From positions 2,604,001-2,668,000 of the forward strand of contig CM102289.1 in assembly GCA_046563655.1 (NCBI GenBank): DNA of 64,000 nucleotides, read 5' to 3'. Source of the DNA: Yuukianura sp. NJ FZ-2021. Taxonomy: Eukaryota. A program made the translations under genes and the position numbers. Position 1 is the first letter of the stretch. Each line of letters starts with the position of its first letter. Positions 63,117 through 64,000 of this stretch are shown piece after piece. The notes beneath the pieces are model-generated. The model had not been told where the DNA came from. It did no database searches and saw only the letters and a program-made list of their open reading frames with translations.

Positions 63117-63364
63117 TGCCCGGTTCGTCCATTGCAGTTTAAATTTTAACGGAGTTTAAATATTTAACCGGAGATTAAAAAATTTAACTGGAGAAAATCG
63201 GCCGGTTAAATTTAACCGGACTTTAACCGGCGGAGGAATACAAGAATTTTGATACCTTGTATGCCAAGATTAATTGACGCATAATTAAGTTAATTGAGTT
63301 TAAAGGGGGAACTAGTTTGCACTAAACTCCGTTTAACTTTAACCTGCAATGGTCGAACTGGCCA
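63117..63364. mobile_element. PIF/Harbinger (Tourist)-like MITE
   Basis: TAA target duplication; ~40-bp imperfect TIR tgcccggttcgtccattgcagtttaaa / tttaacctgcaatggtcgaactggcca; internal tttaaccgga repeats. Confidence 0.8.
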
Positions 63365-63566
63365 TAAGAATCGTCACTTTTTGTGCGAATCGATTCATTA
63401 GCACTCGGCAGCACAAAACTCCTCAACTTGTTTCTCCTGCTGAACAACTCCGATAAATGTCTGACTACTTGCAGTTTCCTGAATCCTAAAGAAAATCTCC
63501 CGGGTAAAAGTTTTTGAGTAGAGCATGGGGTGGGAGGGAGGAGAAAAGATTAGAGACTGTGATGAG

Positions 63567-63769
63567 CAGACCTGCCAAAAATATTTAGTTTTCATACCTG
63601 AAATATTAACGTTAGCAAAATTGATATTTGCGGTCTTTTTATTGAAAAATATGTCTTTATTTTCCCATGCTCTTAATGCTAAGTTAGTAAATATTTCAAC
63701 CTTTTTCAGTAATTATTGTATATATTTAAATATTTCGTCGGTTCTTGGTAAATATTTTTGGCACGTCTG
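63567..63769. mobile_element. hAT-type MITE (203 bp)
   Basis: TIR cagacctgccaaaaatattta / taaatatttttggcacgtctg and 8-bp target duplication gtgatgag (63559-63566 and 63770-63777). Confidence 0.9.
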
Positions 63770-64000
63770 GTGATGAGGCTCAGACTGTCGCAATGGATCT
63801 GACTTTTTGCTTTGAAAGTTCGTACCACCATGCTGGATTTGCAAAAACTTACAAAAGTCTGTGTCTGAATATAAAAGAACTAACCAGAGCCGCGGAAACA
63901 AAGTTTTGAACCTAACGATAACTGCAAAGTTTGTGCACAATGACTCTATAGCATGAGGATTCAACATCAACAACACACTTACCAACTTAAGTAGTGTTGG

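Noticed and set aside
1..64000. tRNA, rRNA, snRNA genes and prokaryotic systems
   Set aside because: None recognisable by eye; a covariance-model search (Infernal/tRNAscan-SE) would be needed to exclude small RNAs.

Overview
AT-rich, intron-containing animal DNA. The gene set (Methuselah-like GPCR, divergent GR-like and IR-like receptors, insect-type nAChRs) points to an arthropod, probably a springtail-like non-insect hexapod (inference). Gene models were spliced by hand from GT/AG sites and reading-frame continuity. In order: HDAC3; a divergent ADF/cofilin; two paralogous secreted KR-processed proteins separated by relics of a repeatedly duplicated cassette, which also holds an orphan 406-aa intronless ORF with ADP-ribosyltransferase-like motifs; a Methuselah-like GPCR; a GR-like 7TM gene; an Ala-rich 11-mer-repeat protein; two paralogous unknown membrane proteins; an unrecognised neuropeptide-type precursor; and a tail-to-tail nAChR pair. 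The pair is an alpha8/beta2-type subunit lacking the loop C vicinal cysteines and an alpha2-type subunit whose 17-kb intron hosts an intronless divergent ionotropic receptor. Several MITEs and Helentron/DINE-like elements are present. No database searches were possible, so family calls rest on motifs recalled from known proteins.
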